Position numbers and translations under genes: made by a program
Assembly: GCA_965287045.1 (NCBI GenBank)
Contig: OZ336872.1
Coordinates: forward strand, 33,666,001-33,730,000
Direction of reading: 5' to 3'
From: Carcharhinus amblyrhynchos
Taxonomy: Eukaryota
Length of the DNA: 64,000 nucleotides
The notes under the pieces: model-generated
What the model was told of the DNA's origin: nothing
What the model saw: only the letters and a program-made list of their open reading frames with translations
Database searches by the model: none
In this document: positions 1 through 12,390 of the stretch, piece after piece
Layout of the letters: each line of letters opens with the position of its first letter
Position numbering within the stretch: the first letter of the stretch is position 1

Positions 1-13
1 TTTCCTGAAGTCA

Positions 14-374
14 GGGCGGCACTGTGGTACAGTGGTTAGTACTGCTCCCTTGCAGCTCTAGGGACCCGGGTTCAATTCCAGCCTTGAGAGACTATCATAT
101 GGAGTTTGCATGTTCTCCCCTTGATGCATGGGTTTCCTCTGGATGCTCTGGGTTCCAACCATAGTCCAAAGATGTGCAGGTTAACTGGACTGGCCATGAT
201 GAATTGCACAGTAGTGTCCCAAGATGTGTAAATTAGATGGATCAGGCTTGGGAAATGTTTGGGGTTAACGGGATAGGGTGGAGGAGAGGGCCTGGGTAAG
301 CTACTCTGTCGGAGAGTTGGGGCAGACTTGGTGGGCCAAATGGGCTTTTCTGCACTCAAAAGATTCTGTGATCT
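14..374 (+). mobile_element. tRNA-derived SINE (HE1/V-SINE-like)
   Basis: Head with A-box-like tggtacagtgg and B-box-like gggttcaattcc, central tggagtttgcatgttctccc domain, CR1-like tail ending gattctgtgatct. Many related copies in the window. Confidence 0.85.
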
Positions 375-375
375 G

Positions 376-835
376 TGATATCCATAATTAAGCAGGCAAA
401 ACTCCTAAAAAATCAACTTCGATGGACTGGACGCTGCGTCTGGATAGTTGATAAGATTTTCCATTCGCAACCAGGTGCCGTTTTCTCAACTCTCAAATGG
501 CCAACATTCCAGAGGAGGACAAAGAAGATGCTTCGAGCTAATCTGAAGCTCTCATTGAAGAATGGCATCATTGACATTAATGATTGAGAAGAGTTCGCTT
601 ACCAATTGTTTAATGTGGCAATAACTTGTCCAGCAAGCTGTGTCATGTTTTGAGTCACAAAGTGTTAACAGAAGAGGAAAGAAAAAGTAGTAAATTTTGC
701 CTCTCACATCCTGCCCCATGTGCCCAAAGTTTGTGAGTTAAGAATTGGCCTGTTTGGGCACATAAAGACTCATGGCAGAAACCCACGACCCTAAGGAGAT
801 GTGTCACTCAAATCGAAGGACAGCCAATGATGACG
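376..835 (+). mobile_element. Degenerate RTE-clade LINE 3' fragment
   Basis: Remnant peptides QLRWTGRCVWI, LRANLKLSLK and a terminal CPMC...RIGLFGHIKTH zinc-knuckle-like segment typical of RTE ORF C-termini. Confidence 0.6.
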
Positions 836-1760
836 GTAGAAAGTGTTGTATTCTTTCCCATAAAAAGAAGTTCAATTAATAATTTTTAAATCTGGTGTTA
901 AAGGTTTCTGGGTAGATAATGGCAGGAAAGGATATGGAGTCAAAACAGGTGAATAGAGCTAAGATACAGATCAGCCATGATTTCATTGAATTACAGGATG
1001 GATTCAAGGATCTTGAATGGCTTATTCTGTTGCTATGCTGCAGTGTTGTCAGCACTTAAATTTGTGTGCAAGTTGAGCATTTTCTTCCTATTGTGTCTCA
1101 CAAACATATTACTTGGCATTTATGTGAGAAAATTATATATTTTTGTTGCTGTGTCAGCCCAGATGCTTTTTGGGTTAGCAGGAGACCACCAGGCTGCCGT
1201 TGTTGCCAACAGACAGTATTGTCCTTCGAGAAATCTTGTAGTTTCTGAGAGCAGTGCTTTGCCTCACATAACTCTGTACCTTTTATGAGCAAGTTTCTTG
1301 GTATTGTATGGAAAAAACACATCATGTTTCTATTCATATTTACAGGCTTGGTCACAAAATTGCACATAATCTCCAGGCTGTGGTTGAGTCTGGCTTTCAA
1401 CAATGCTGTGTTTAGCTTCCGTACTTTGGGTAAAGTGCTGTTGCTTATCAGTGTGTCTTCTCAGGCCTTGCTGAGACACATCCTGAGTTCTGTTTTCAGT
1501 TGGCTAGAGAATAGTTGTCTAGATTTTTCAAAAAAATAATTTACACCTCAAGAAGTTATCAGCCCTTGAGAACTTGTAGTAGCATGATTGTAATTTCTTC
1601 ATATCATATGTGATTAGAATATGACTGGATGGGATTAGTAATACTTCGTACTGTTTCTACCAAGATTTCTGTCCTCCCTCAAAGATTGCTGAATTCTCAG
1701 GTTTCTAATTACATTCTGATACCTCTTCTATAAATAATAATTTATTTATAAACCCAGGTG

Positions 1761-2319
1761 TAACATAAGAACATAAGAACATAAGAAATAGGAGCAGGAG
1801 TAGGCCATCCAGCCCTTCGAGCCTGCCCCGCCATTCAATAAGATCATGGCTGATCTGTCGCTGCTCAGTTCCACTTTCCCGCCCTCTCCCCATAACCCTT
1901 AATCCCCTCTCCTATCAAAAACCCATCAACCCGCGTCTTAAAAATATTTAGCGAGGCAGCCTCCACCACTTCAACGGGCAGAGAATTCCAGAGATTCACC
2001 ACCCTTTGAGTGAAGAAGTTCCTCCTCAACTCCGTTCTAAACCGCCCCCCTTTTATCTTGAGGCTGTGCCCCCTAGTCCTATTGTCTTTTTTGAGCGGGA
2101 AGAGTCTTTCCACCTCTATCCTATCCATCCCATTCATCATCTTATACGTCTCAATGAGATCTCCTCTCATTCTTCTAAACTCTAACGAGTACAAGCCCAG
2201 TTTATTCAGCCTCTCCTCATAGCTCAACCCCCTCAACTCCGGTATCAGCCTAGTAAACCTCCTCTGCACTCCCTCCAAGGCCAAAATATCTTTGCGCAGG
2301 TGCGGCGCCCAAAAATGCA
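1761..2319 (-). mobile_element. Young CR1 LINE, 5'-truncated 3' end
   Basis: ORF 1865-2344 encodes the CR1 ORF2 C-terminus (FWAPHLRKDILALEGVQRRFTR...RVVNLWNSLP). (TTCTTATG)n tail. Nearly identical to 27130-27677. Confidence 0.95.
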
Positions 2320-3308
2320 ACGTTTTCACAAAAGAGTCAATCACAACATGTAGCCAGCTACACTCCTATACTCAAGCTCCACATGTGCACTTTGAGTAAA
2401 AGTTGTGAGACAGTGAGCAGAAGCTAAGGCCAATTATAGTACCACTGCTGAGATCAGCTAAATTGGGATCTTTGTGGAAGATTACTAATTAAACTAAAAT
2501 CCATCAAAATCCAGCATTGAATGTGGGATTGAATTTTCTGAATAAAAATTGCAGAGTACCCATCAGAATGCTGTGACAGAATGGGACACGTGTTGAATCA
2601 AATAGCCAGAACAGGACAATTAGAATAAATTATTTGGATATCAATATTATGTTTCTTAAGTGTGTACACAAGGGTAAAATAAGGAGACCAGTTCCATTGA
2701 TCGGTTGAAATTTAAGGTCTTTGTGACTGGCGACACAAACAACATTGGTAGACCCAGATCTTCCAGTCAGCAGCAGTGCTGCCTATGAACATTTCTGCGA
2801 CCTGATTCTTTTTTGTGATTTTTGAGCCGGAGCTTCCAATTCCAGCTGAAACATCGCTTGGTCAATGTGGACATCCACAAGGAAAGTGACCAAGTTTCAG
2901 AAATGATGGACAAACTCAGGACATGCACCTTTTCCACGACAATACTCAAATCGGCGCCGGAATGTGGTGACTAGGAGATTTTCACAATAACTTCATTTCG
3001 GTGTTAATGTAAGTCTACTTGTGACACTAATAAATAAATGTCTAAAAAAGCTTTAAAAACTAAACAATAGTTGCTTGCATCCACGTAAGTATTTAGAGGT
3101 CTCTAGTTTTTCAGTATGTGAATGGGTTGGTGAGTGGGTGGGTGGGTAGTTGGGTCAGGTCAGAGGTAGTCAGGTGGTTGAGTAGATCCTTAGGTAGAGG
3201 GGTATTTGGCTGATTGGAGGTGGATGGTCAGGTGGTGGGATAGTCATGTAATCGGAGGGATGGTTGGATAAAGGGATAATCAGTGGGAATAGTCAGGCTG
3301 GATAGAGG

Positions 3309-3984
3309 TTGATTTTTGATTTGATTTATTATTGTCACATGTATTAACATACAGTTTCTTGCACACTATACAGACAAAACATACCATTCATAGAGGAGGA
3401 AATGAGAGAGTGAAGAATTTAGCGTTACAGTCATAGCTAGGGTATAGAGAAAGATCAACTTAATGGCAGGTAAGTCCATTGCAGGAGCAGAGATGAAGCT
3501 GTCCTTGAGTCGGTTGATACATGGCCTTGGAGTTTTGTACCTTTTTCCCGAAGGAAGAAGGTAGAAGAGAGAATGTCCAATGTGCGTGGGGTCCTTAATT
3601 GTGCTGGCTGCTTTGCCGACGCAGCAGGAAGTATGGACAGAGTCAATGGATGGGAGGCTGGTTTGCGTAATGGATTGAGCTATATTCACGACCTTTTGTA
3701 GTTTCTTGCAGAGCAGGAACCATATCAAGCTATGAAAAATGCTTTTACAGATGGTACATCTGTAAAAGTTGGTGAGAGTTGGAGCTGACGTGCCAAATTT
3801 CCTTTGTCTTCTAAGAAAGTAGAGGTGTTGGTGGGCTTTCTTAACTGTAGTGTTGGCATGGGGGGACCAGGATAGGTTGTTGGTGACCTGGACACCTGAA
3901 AACTTGAAGCTCTCAACCCTGTCTATTTCGTCCCCATTGTGTAGACAGGGGCATGTTCTCCTTTATGTTTCCTGAAGTCGATGA
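3309..3984 (-). mobile_element. Rex1/Babar-like LINE 3' fragment
   Basis: LQKVVNIAQSITQTSLPSI...LLPSGKRY...RLKDSF peptide and (AATCA)n-type tail. Confidence 0.8.
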
Positions 3985-4387
3985 TTGGAGAGGGGAGTCG
4001 GTTGTGGTTCTTAAGTTCAGATATACTGGCAAATCATTGTGTTAGATCAGGTACACACCAGCATAACATTTCCTTACTTACGGAGGTAAGCACTGTATAT
4101 GACTCTATGACACTTTGTGTCAAACCAGTAGAGTAAAATGACATTAATTTTTTACACTTGAAAAGTCAACTTCCATCAGATCTTGGTAAAAATTCTTAAC
4201 TCTATGTGCCTTTGGAATGATCTATTATATAAAGTCATTGGAATGCCTGGGGTCAGTGCTGGGGGAGTCCGTGGGGAAGGTGCTAGGGGATCCATGTCTG
4301 GGGAGGTGGAGCCTGTGTTCATTGGCATTAAAAGTGACCTGATCTTTCAGGAGCTGAAGCTGCTGGCAGGAGATCTGCCACCTTGAA

Positions 4388-4672
4388 TTTAGTTTTTAGT
4401 TTAGTTTATCTATTACTGACACATTAACACTACAATGAAGTTACTGTGAAAATTCCCTAGTCACCACACTTCACTGCCTGTTCAGAATTTAGCATGACCA
4501 GTGCACCTGACCAACATATCTTTCGGATTGTGGGAGGAAACTGGAGCACCCAGAGAAAACCCACACAGACACGGGAGAACGTACAAATTCCACCCAGACA
4601 GTGGCCCAAGCCAGGCATCTAGCCCGAGTCCCTGGCACTGTGAAGCAGCAATGCTAACCACTGTGCCACCGT
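4388..4672 (-). mobile_element. tRNA-derived SINE, HE1-like head with alternative tail
   Basis: Reverse complement shows cacggtggcacagtggttagc head and V-domain. Tail gactagggaattttcacagtaacttcattgtagtgttaatgtg. Confidence 0.8.
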
Positions 4673-4756
4673 GACTCTGTGTCAAAAAATATGGCAGGAA
4701 AAGCCAGCTTAGAGTCAGCAAGGTACATCCTATTTTTCCCATCTGAATTGACAGTT

Positions 4757-5790
4757 GGGGCCTGATTTTACCAAAAATTTGTGCCTGTTTTCTGGCGCGA
4801 AATCATGGTACGTTTGGGCGTCGGGCCTTTAACACAATCTGCACCTGAATCCGAGCAGATCACGGCTTTACTGACACCCAATTCGGGTGCGGATCCGGTC
4901 TGCAATTGGGCGGCTCGACAATTTAAATGCGTTAGCATGCATTTAAATTGATTTAATGAACTGCGTGCCCAACTCTACCACCAAATCCCACTTTACCTTC
5001 TTCTGGTCCGTTCCGGATCCGTGCTGTAAGGGACCTGAAAAATAAAAATCCAAAGCAGATTTCTGTTCTGCAGGGGAACCTCCAAAGCCCTCTCTGCCCT
5101 TGTGAAGTCAGTCTGCGGCCACCATCCTTCTTGACCATCCTTCTCAGAGCGCCCCGATATCCAGCCCACGGCCCCCCAGCAGTGGCAGTCCCTCCACCTC
5201 CTTCACCTTGGCAGACCATCCGCTAACCACCCTGGCAGACCAACCCCCCCATCCCCAGAGGCAGATCCCCCTGACGGGAAACAGATCACTCCCTGGCAGA
5301 GCACCCCACTGCCCCTGGGATCAGGCCTCCCTCGGCAGACCACACCGCCAACCTGCTTCGATTGCTGGTCTCCCTCCACCAGCCTTCTTGACCATTTTCA
5401 GTCTTTTGAGAGCCTGCAGCACCATCTTGGAGCCACGGCTGAAGTGACCAGACTTCACACCATTTCGCTGATGTCCGCCGGAGGAGGGGGCAGGCTCAGA
5501 TGGATCCCTGGTTGGGGAGGGAGGGGGGAGGGGGGGGTTGTGGAGGGCGGATCCCTGGTTGGGGGGGGAGGAGAGGGGGAGGATGGATCTCTGGTTGGGG
5601 CAGAGGAGAGGGGGAGGATGGATCTCTGGTTGGGGGGGGGAGGAGAGGGGGAGGATGGATCTCTGGTTGGGGGAGAGGAGAGGGGGAGGATGGATCTCTG
5701 GTTGGGGGTAGGAGAGGGGGAGGATGGATCTCTGGTTGGGGGGGAGGAGAGGGGGAGGATGGATCTCTGGTTGGCAGGGGAGAGGACGTA
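4757..5790. mobile_element. Probable non-autonomous Harbinger-like DNA element remnant
   Basis: Starts gggcctgattttacc, like other TIR-type ends in the window. Subterminal palindrome aatttaaatgc..gcatttaaatt (4920-4949). GC-rich interior. No right TIR found. Confidence 0.45.
5500..5787 (+). repeat. G-rich minisatellite, about 35-bp unit, 7-8 copies
   Basis: Tandem ggatggatctctggttggg(g)n-aggagaggggga units. Confidence 0.95.
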
Positions 5791-6353
5791 AACCGTTCCA
5801 GGCACATAAACCATTCAATGGTTTAATTCCTATCCTTTAACAGTAAAAAGCGTTTCTTTTCAAAGTATTGTTATACTTTAGAAAGTTAATAAATTAATTT
5901 TCCTGCATAAACTATCATTACATTCATTTGATCTAAAATATTAAACTTCTGACACTGTTTAATTATATCCTTGCTGTCCCTGGGACTAGAAATTTCTTCT
6001 AAAGAACTGTTACTTCAGGATATATGCTACAAGTACAGGGTTTGTTATATATTTATTTCACAATATGTTGATGGGGGGAAGTCTCTGTGACAACAGGAAT
6101 GAACAGACACTCAAAATGATACAGACGTACTTTGTTCTGTGTGGTTGAAGATCCTCAGAAATTCAAATTTTATTTTTCACTTGAGCCCTGCAAGTAGACA
6201 CAATCAGTCCAAAGTAACCCAAGCAGCGCATGTTCGTTACTGAGACAAAAGTAGACAGTTGAAATAGATGCAAGCGTAATCTTTCAACAAAAGCTTTGAG
6301 TTTAATAGCGTTATCAGATTATTAGAAGAATATTTTCTCTAACAAGAGCAGGT

Positions 6354-8270
6354 ACATAAGAACATAAGAAATAGGAGCAGGAGTAGTCCATCTGGCCCTT
6401 TGAGCCTGCCCCGCCATTCAATAAGATCATGGCTGATCTGAAGTGGATCAGCTCCACTTTCCCACTTTCTCCCCATAACCCTTAATTCCCCTGTCAATCA
6501 GAAACCTATCTAGCCGTGACTTAAATATATTCAGCAAGGTAGCCTCCACCACTTCAATGGGCAGAGAATTCCAGAGATTCACCACCCTTTGAGTGAAGAA
6601 GTTCCTCCTCAACTCTGATCTAAACTGCCCTCCCCCACTTATCTTGAGGCTGTGCCCTCTAGTCCTGCTATCCTTTCTAAGCGGGAAGAATCTCTCTACC
6701 TCTACCCTGTTTATCCCCTTCATTATCTTATACGTCTCTATAAGATCCCCCCTCAGCCTTCTAAACTCCAACGAGTACAGACCCAGTCTATTTAGTCTTT
6801 CTTCATAGGCTAACCCCCTCATCTACGGTATCAGCCTAGTGGACCTTTTCTGCACTCCCTCCAAGGCCAATATATCCTTCTGCAAGTGCGGCAACCAAAA
6901 CTGCACACAGTACTCCAGCTGCGGCCTCACCAGTACCCTGTACAATTGCAGCAAGACCTCCCTACTTTTATAGTCTGTCCCCCTCGCAATAAAGGCCAAC
7001 ATTCCATTCGCCTTCTTGATCACCTGCTGCACCTGCAGACTGGGTTTTTGCGACTCATGCACAAGGACCCCCAAGTCCCTCTGCACCGTAGCATGCTGCA
7101 GCTTTTCGCCCTTTAAATAGCAATCCCTCCTACTATTATTTCTGCCAAAGTGGATAACCTCACACTTGCTAACATTATACTCCGTCTGCCAGGTCCTCGC
7201 CCACTCACTTAGCCTATCCAGATCTCTCTGCAGACTTTCCACACCCTCCACGCAATTTGCTTTTCCACTCATCTTCGTGACATCAGCAAACTTCGTCACC
7301 CTACACTCAGCCCCCTCCTCCAGATCATCTATATAAATGGTAAATAGCTGAGGCCCCAGCACCGATCTCTGCGGCAGTCCTGTAGTCACCAACTGCCAAT
7401 CAGAATAGCACCCATTGAAACCAACTCTCTGCTTCCTATTAGACAACTATCCACGCTAACACCTTACCCCCAACTCTGTGCACCCTAACCTTCTGTAGCA
7501 ACCTTTTATGAGGCACCTTATCAAACGCCTTTTGACAATCTAAAAACACCACATCCACCAGTTCCCCTCTGTCTACCGCACTAGTCACATCCTCATAGAA
7601 ATCCGATAAATTCATCAAACACGACTTTCCCTTAACGAATCTGTGCTGCGTCTGCTCTATCAAACCATTCTCTTCTAGGTGCCTCGCTATTTCTTCTTTG
7701 ATGACGGATTCAAACATCTTTCCAACTACAGACGTTAAACTATAATTCCCTGCCTTTTGTCTGCTACCTTTTTTAAACAGCGGCGTAACATTAGCCGTTT
7801 TCCAATCTTCCAGCACTTCCCCGGAGTCCAGCGAATTTTGATAAATAGTTACTAAGGCATCCACTATCACCTCTGCCATTTCCTTCAGAACCCTGAGATG
7901 CATTCCATCTGGTCCTGGGGACTTGTCCACCTTCAGTCCCATTAGTCTATCAAGCACTACCTCTGTAGTGACAGTAATCGCATTCGGGCCCTCAACTCCT
8001 ACCATCCGTCTATCTTTAATATCCGGCAAACTATCTCCTCCATGAAGACCGAGGCAAAAAACTTATTTAAGGCCTCAGCCATTTCCTCATCTCCCACCGC
8101 TAAATCCCCCCTCTCATCCTCTGAAGGTCCAACATTCACTCTAGCCAGCCTCCTCCTCTTTATATATTTGTAAAAACTTTTACTGTCCTTTTTTATATTT
8201 AGTGCTAATTTAGCTTCATAGTCTATCTTTCCTTGCTTTATCAACTTCTTAGTCATTCTTTGTTGATATT
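6354..8270 (-). mobile_element. CR1 LINE, 5'-truncated, frameshifted RT ORF2
   Basis: Successive ORFs give KSPGPDGMH, DVVFLDCQKAFDKVPH, GLPQRSVLGP, KFADVTK and the ORF2 C-terminus. (TTCTTATG)n tail. Confidence 0.95.
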
Positions 8271-8307
8271 TTTTCTTGTTTCCCACGATCTGGGAACTTT
8301 AAACCTT

Positions 8308-8541
8308 GTAAGAAGTCTCACAACACCAGGTTAGAGTCCAACCAGTTAATTTGATAGTAATCCCACAAGCTTTCAGAAATGGTGTTCCTTCGTCAGGTGT
8401 GTGGAAGGTTCACCACACGAAGGAACACCGTTTCTGAAAGCTTGTGAGATTACTATCAAACAAACTGGTTGGATTCTAACCTGGTGCTGTGAGACTTCTT
8501 ACTGTGTTTACCCCAGTCCAACGCCGGCATCTCTCCATCGC
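8308..8541. mobile_element. Penelope-like inverted pseudo-LTR (foldback) insertion with 13-bp TSD
   Basis: About 85-bp inverted arms (8308-8393 vs about 8417-8502) plus a 3' tail. Flanked by aactttaaacctt at 8295-8307 and 8542-8554. Confidence 0.8.
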
Positions 8542-8860
8542 AACTTTAAACCTTCCATTTCAGTCTCAGTTCTGCTGCATTGCAAAAATCTGAAGCCTGA
8601 TTGAACAACTTATCTCAAGAAATTGCAGCATCTCTTGAACTTGCTGCTTTCTTCTCCAGCATATGTTGTCTAAAGATTCTTCAGGATTCTCCTGATCTAT
8701 TGTCTCAACATGGTTAGTAGATCAGCGGAATTCTGAGAGAATTGACATAACATGTTCATGAAAGATAGAGGGTGGGAAGATATCCAAGAGGGCATTGAAA
8801 TAATTGAGGTGGTTTGGCTTGGGTATAGAAGGAACAATGTATTTGATAACTAAGAAGGAT

Positions 8861-9230
8861 GTACTGAATTTTGTGCTGTGGATTGGATTTCAGCCTTCTG
8901 ATGTAAAAGCCAGCACGGGAGACACAATATATCCCTCCCCCTTGACCTCTGACATCTCAGCAGCTGTACAGTAGATTTCATGTGGAGGGGCCATCCTCCA
9001 CCGTTGTGGGTAAAATCCCACCAACAGCTAGGGAATGCCCTTAATTCACAATCCGCACCACCCCGCCCCCCCCCCGCCCCCCTGTCCCCCCACCGCCAAT
9101 CCTCCCACCACCCCCTTTCACCGCTGGTAAAATTGCAGTGGGATATGGTGCCACATTTCACAGTCGTTGCTTCTCCCCACCTACTGTCTTCCACCTTACT
9201 AGGGATTAGGGAGACACAAAATTCCAGCCC
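8861..9230. mobile_element. MITE (Harbinger-type TIRs)
   Basis: Ends ctgaattttgtg ... cacaaaattccagccc are imperfect inverted repeats. Confidence 0.55.
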
Positions 9231-10195
9231 ATGATACAGGTCAGCAACGGCAACACAACTGCCTTTGTCTTTCACCTCTCACATTCACTCTGTTGTTCTG
9301 CACCATGATTCCCATGGAATCTTCCAGGTCTGAAGAATGCAAATTCGCTGTACCCTTCAGAACTTTGTCTCCCCCAAGCCTAACCCCTCAGAATCATTAC
9401 ATACTCAGTCTTTCCTGAATGCTATTTAATGACACTTCCAGTGGGAGGTACATTTCTAGTTCATTTTCAAAGTTACCACAAAATGAGAAACTGAAATAAA
9501 CTCCAAAAAACTATATAGTGCCCTCAATAGTTTTCTTCTTCCTTCAGCCAGAGGTACTGAGGTTGGTGCAGGGCAGGTTGTCTTACTGAGCACAAGCCAT
9601 AACTTAATCTCTCTTTCTTTACCAACTGAGTCAAATGAGAAAAACACAGTTTATAAACTTGATTTCCAAGTTTCATTGCTCACATTAATAATTAAACCTG
9701 TCTGAAGATTTTCATTGGTAAACAACAGAAATGACAAAGATTGCATACGTTTGGCTTATAGAAAAGTTCAAGTTATAACTGTTCTTGAAGTTTTTTGATA
9801 ATGTAATATTGTGCATAATTTTTTAAGCACTATCAATGTTTTATAGATTTTTGTTTTTTAGTCTGTGACAAATGGATATCAAGAAACATGGTAATAGTAA
9901 CTATTGTGGAGAGATTCTGCACGTGTTTTAAAGTTCTATCATCATGAGTTTTAATGAGGTCAGATAGAATTTCACCTATCTCTCAGAAAAATAGTTGAAC
10001 CTCAAGAACGTAATTTTTTTTTGCAAGATTTGTTCAGTGTCGGTTCTTTATGCTTTTAATTTAGGCGTTATCTCCATGAATAACTTTGAAAGCAGGGCTG
10101 GTGGCCAGATAATATCTTTTCTTTAAAGATTAAAATTGGAGATAATTGTATCTGTTGCCTTGAAGAATTTAACAATGCATATCCTTTACACACAG

Positions 10196-10262
10196 GTTAC
10201 CCTTCAGGACAACCTTGCACTGGTTCCTATTATAAGGGGGCTGAAAGGGGTCGTGCATCATG
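10196..10262 (+). CDS. PTPRG: PTPRG coding exon (approx. human exon 6), carbonic-anhydrase-like domain
   Basis: cacag|GTTACC...CATCATG|gtaagt, 67 nt, phase 0 to 1. Translates [22 protein letters not shown](E), matching recalled human [23 protein letters not shown]. Confidence 0.95.
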
Positions 10263-10879
10263 GTAAGTAAGCTACTTATGAGTTCCTTTTGTTGAAAAAA
10301 AAGTGGTGGGAATTATGTCCTTCACCTTTTGGGTTATTTACTGATGAATTAAATGTGCACAGATCATCTTTGTTTCAGAATTATTAGACTTAATGTATGT
10401 AAAAAGATTTCCAGTTCACATCTGTAATTGCAAGTATTGTAAAGAATACTTCCACTAACATTTAATATTTTTTCATGAAAAATTAATAATGTAATTAATT
10501 AAATTTGTTTGATGATAATTCATCATAGCTGTCGTCATAAGTCTGTTGTAACATTTCAGAATCCATCTGGTGCAATAGTACATTTTCCTTTCCATGAGCA
10601 GTAATTGAGAACAAAATACAATCTTAAATAATTTATTTTCTACTACAACTGTTACTGTGAAATACAATTGTTGAGATTCTGGAAGGCAAAAAGGACCTAA
10701 GCACCTTGAAAAGCTTTATATTGATTTCCCAATGTTTCACATATTGCATGTATGAAGTCCAGTAACATGAATAAGGAATGAACAAACTATAATACCGCCT
10801 CGAGTCTGCATAGGTGTATAGCAAATTAGAATTTGTGTAGCTGTAAATGACAACTCCAAGTGTTAATATGGGCATGCAT

Positions 10880-11245
10880 TGGTGTGAATCCATCACTCAA
10901 ACCAGCCTCCCACCCATTGACACTGTCTGCACTTCCTGCTGCTTCAACGATCTCACCCACCCCGGACATGCTCTCTTTCCTTCTTTCCTTTGAGGAAAAA
11001 GATACAAAGTCTGAGACCACATACCAACCGACTCAAAGACAGCTTCTTCTCAGCTGCTATCAAACTTTTGAATGGACCTACTCGCATTAACTTGATCTTT
11101 CTCTATCACTGTAACACTACATTCTGCACTTTCTCCTTTCCTTTCCTTCCCAATGTGTGGTATGCTTTGTCTGCATCGTGCACAAGAAACATTACTTTTC
11201 AGTGTATAATAATACAGGTGACAACAATAAATTAAATCAAAATCA
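10880..11245 (+). mobile_element. Rex1/Babar-like LINE 3' fragment
   Basis: TNRLKDSFFSAAIKLLNG peptide. 3' UTR ending acaataaattaaatcaaaatc, homologous to 3309-3700. Confidence 0.8.
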
Positions 11246-11912
11246 CATATATGCATTTGCCTTCATAAACAGGCCTCATTTTGCCTCTGCGATGTCAGGT
11301 AAAGCTTAAAAGAAGAGTTGCGTAATGAGTTTTAACATAGTGTTGAGCAGTTCAGTAGGATAATGGGCAAAGTATTTATGTATAAAAAATCTATTAGGTT
11401 GAAATGGCTGAGATGGGTAGGGTCGGACCCACTGGAATGATCCATTACAGTCAGTGAGTAAAATAAAGGGAAAATGGAATAATTGTTCCTAAATGTGTAC
11501 ATTGGTACTTCAGAAGGTGAGAATAATGTACAGATCATTAATCAGAACGATGAGACCAAGAGGCACTCAGCATCTGTAAAGAAAACAGATAAAGTACAAG
11601 TAATCTAGTGATTATTAACCCATGCCTTCCATCCCCATGATAGGTGAGAGAGGATTGGATGGAGGTTAACATGTTAAAAATGTGAAATCTGATCCTGAGC
11701 TTCAGTGAATGTACCTACTTCAGGCAAAACTGCACTGGATTTGGAAGGATCTGAGTTATCTGCTCTTGAGTGGCATGTCAATAATTAAAATATCTAAATA
11801 AGACTGTGTTCCTTAGATTTTGGCAGCTATTTCTATAAAATGAGAAACACAGTAGATGAAAGATGACATGAACTGCCAGATCCAGCAGGTAATGGCTTTT
11901 CCAGAAACATAT

Positions 11913-12187
11913 GGGGGGGCGGTTTAGAATGGAGTTGAGGAGGAACTTCTTCACTCAAAGGGTGGTGAATCTCTGGAATTCTCTGCCCGTTGAAGTGGTG
12001 GAGGCTGCCTCGCTAAATATATTTAAGACGCGGGTTGATAGGTTTTTGATAGGCAAGGGGATTAAGGGTTATGGGGAGAGGGCGGGAATGTGGAACTGAG
12101 ACACGACAGATCAGCCATGATCTTATTGAATGGCGGGGCAGGCTCGAAGGGCTAGATGGCCTAGTCCTGCTCCTATTTCTTATGTTT
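11913..12187 (+). mobile_element. Young CR1 3' fragment
   Basis: GGRFRMELRRNFFTQRVVNLWNSLP plus 3' UTR ending ctatttcttatgtt. Confidence 0.92.
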
Positions 12188-12323
12188 ATCTGTTTGCAAC
12201 CCAGTCCCTCGAGCAACACCGACTGCATCCTACTTTCTACCTTGATGTGTTGGCTTTACCTTCTTGATCTCTTATGTGTACCCTACTCCCTTCTTCCCTT
12301 ATACCCATGGATCCTTTCCTCCG

Positions 12324-12390
12324 CCCTCTGACCCCCGCCCTCTAGTCTCCCGCCCTCTAGCCTCCCGCCCTTTAGCCTCCTGCCCCACCT
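12324..12390 (+). repeat. Short tandem repeat (cccgccctctag-like, about 4 copies)
   Basis: cccgccctctagtctcccgccctctagcctcccgccctttagcctcctgcc. Confidence 0.7.

Noticed and set aside
14-85. tRNA-like sequences at SINE heads
   Set aside because: They continue into SINE bodies and lack a full cloverleaf, so they are not tRNA genes.
2760-2950. Coding-looking stretch (FQFQLKHRLVNVDIHKESDQ...)
   Set aside because: No recognisable domain or supporting splice sites, so it cannot be assigned.
5321-5826. Several overlapping Pro- or Gly-rich ORFs
   Set aside because: Artefacts of the G-rich minisatellite, which lacks stop codons. Also not a CRISPR array, since there are no unique spacers.
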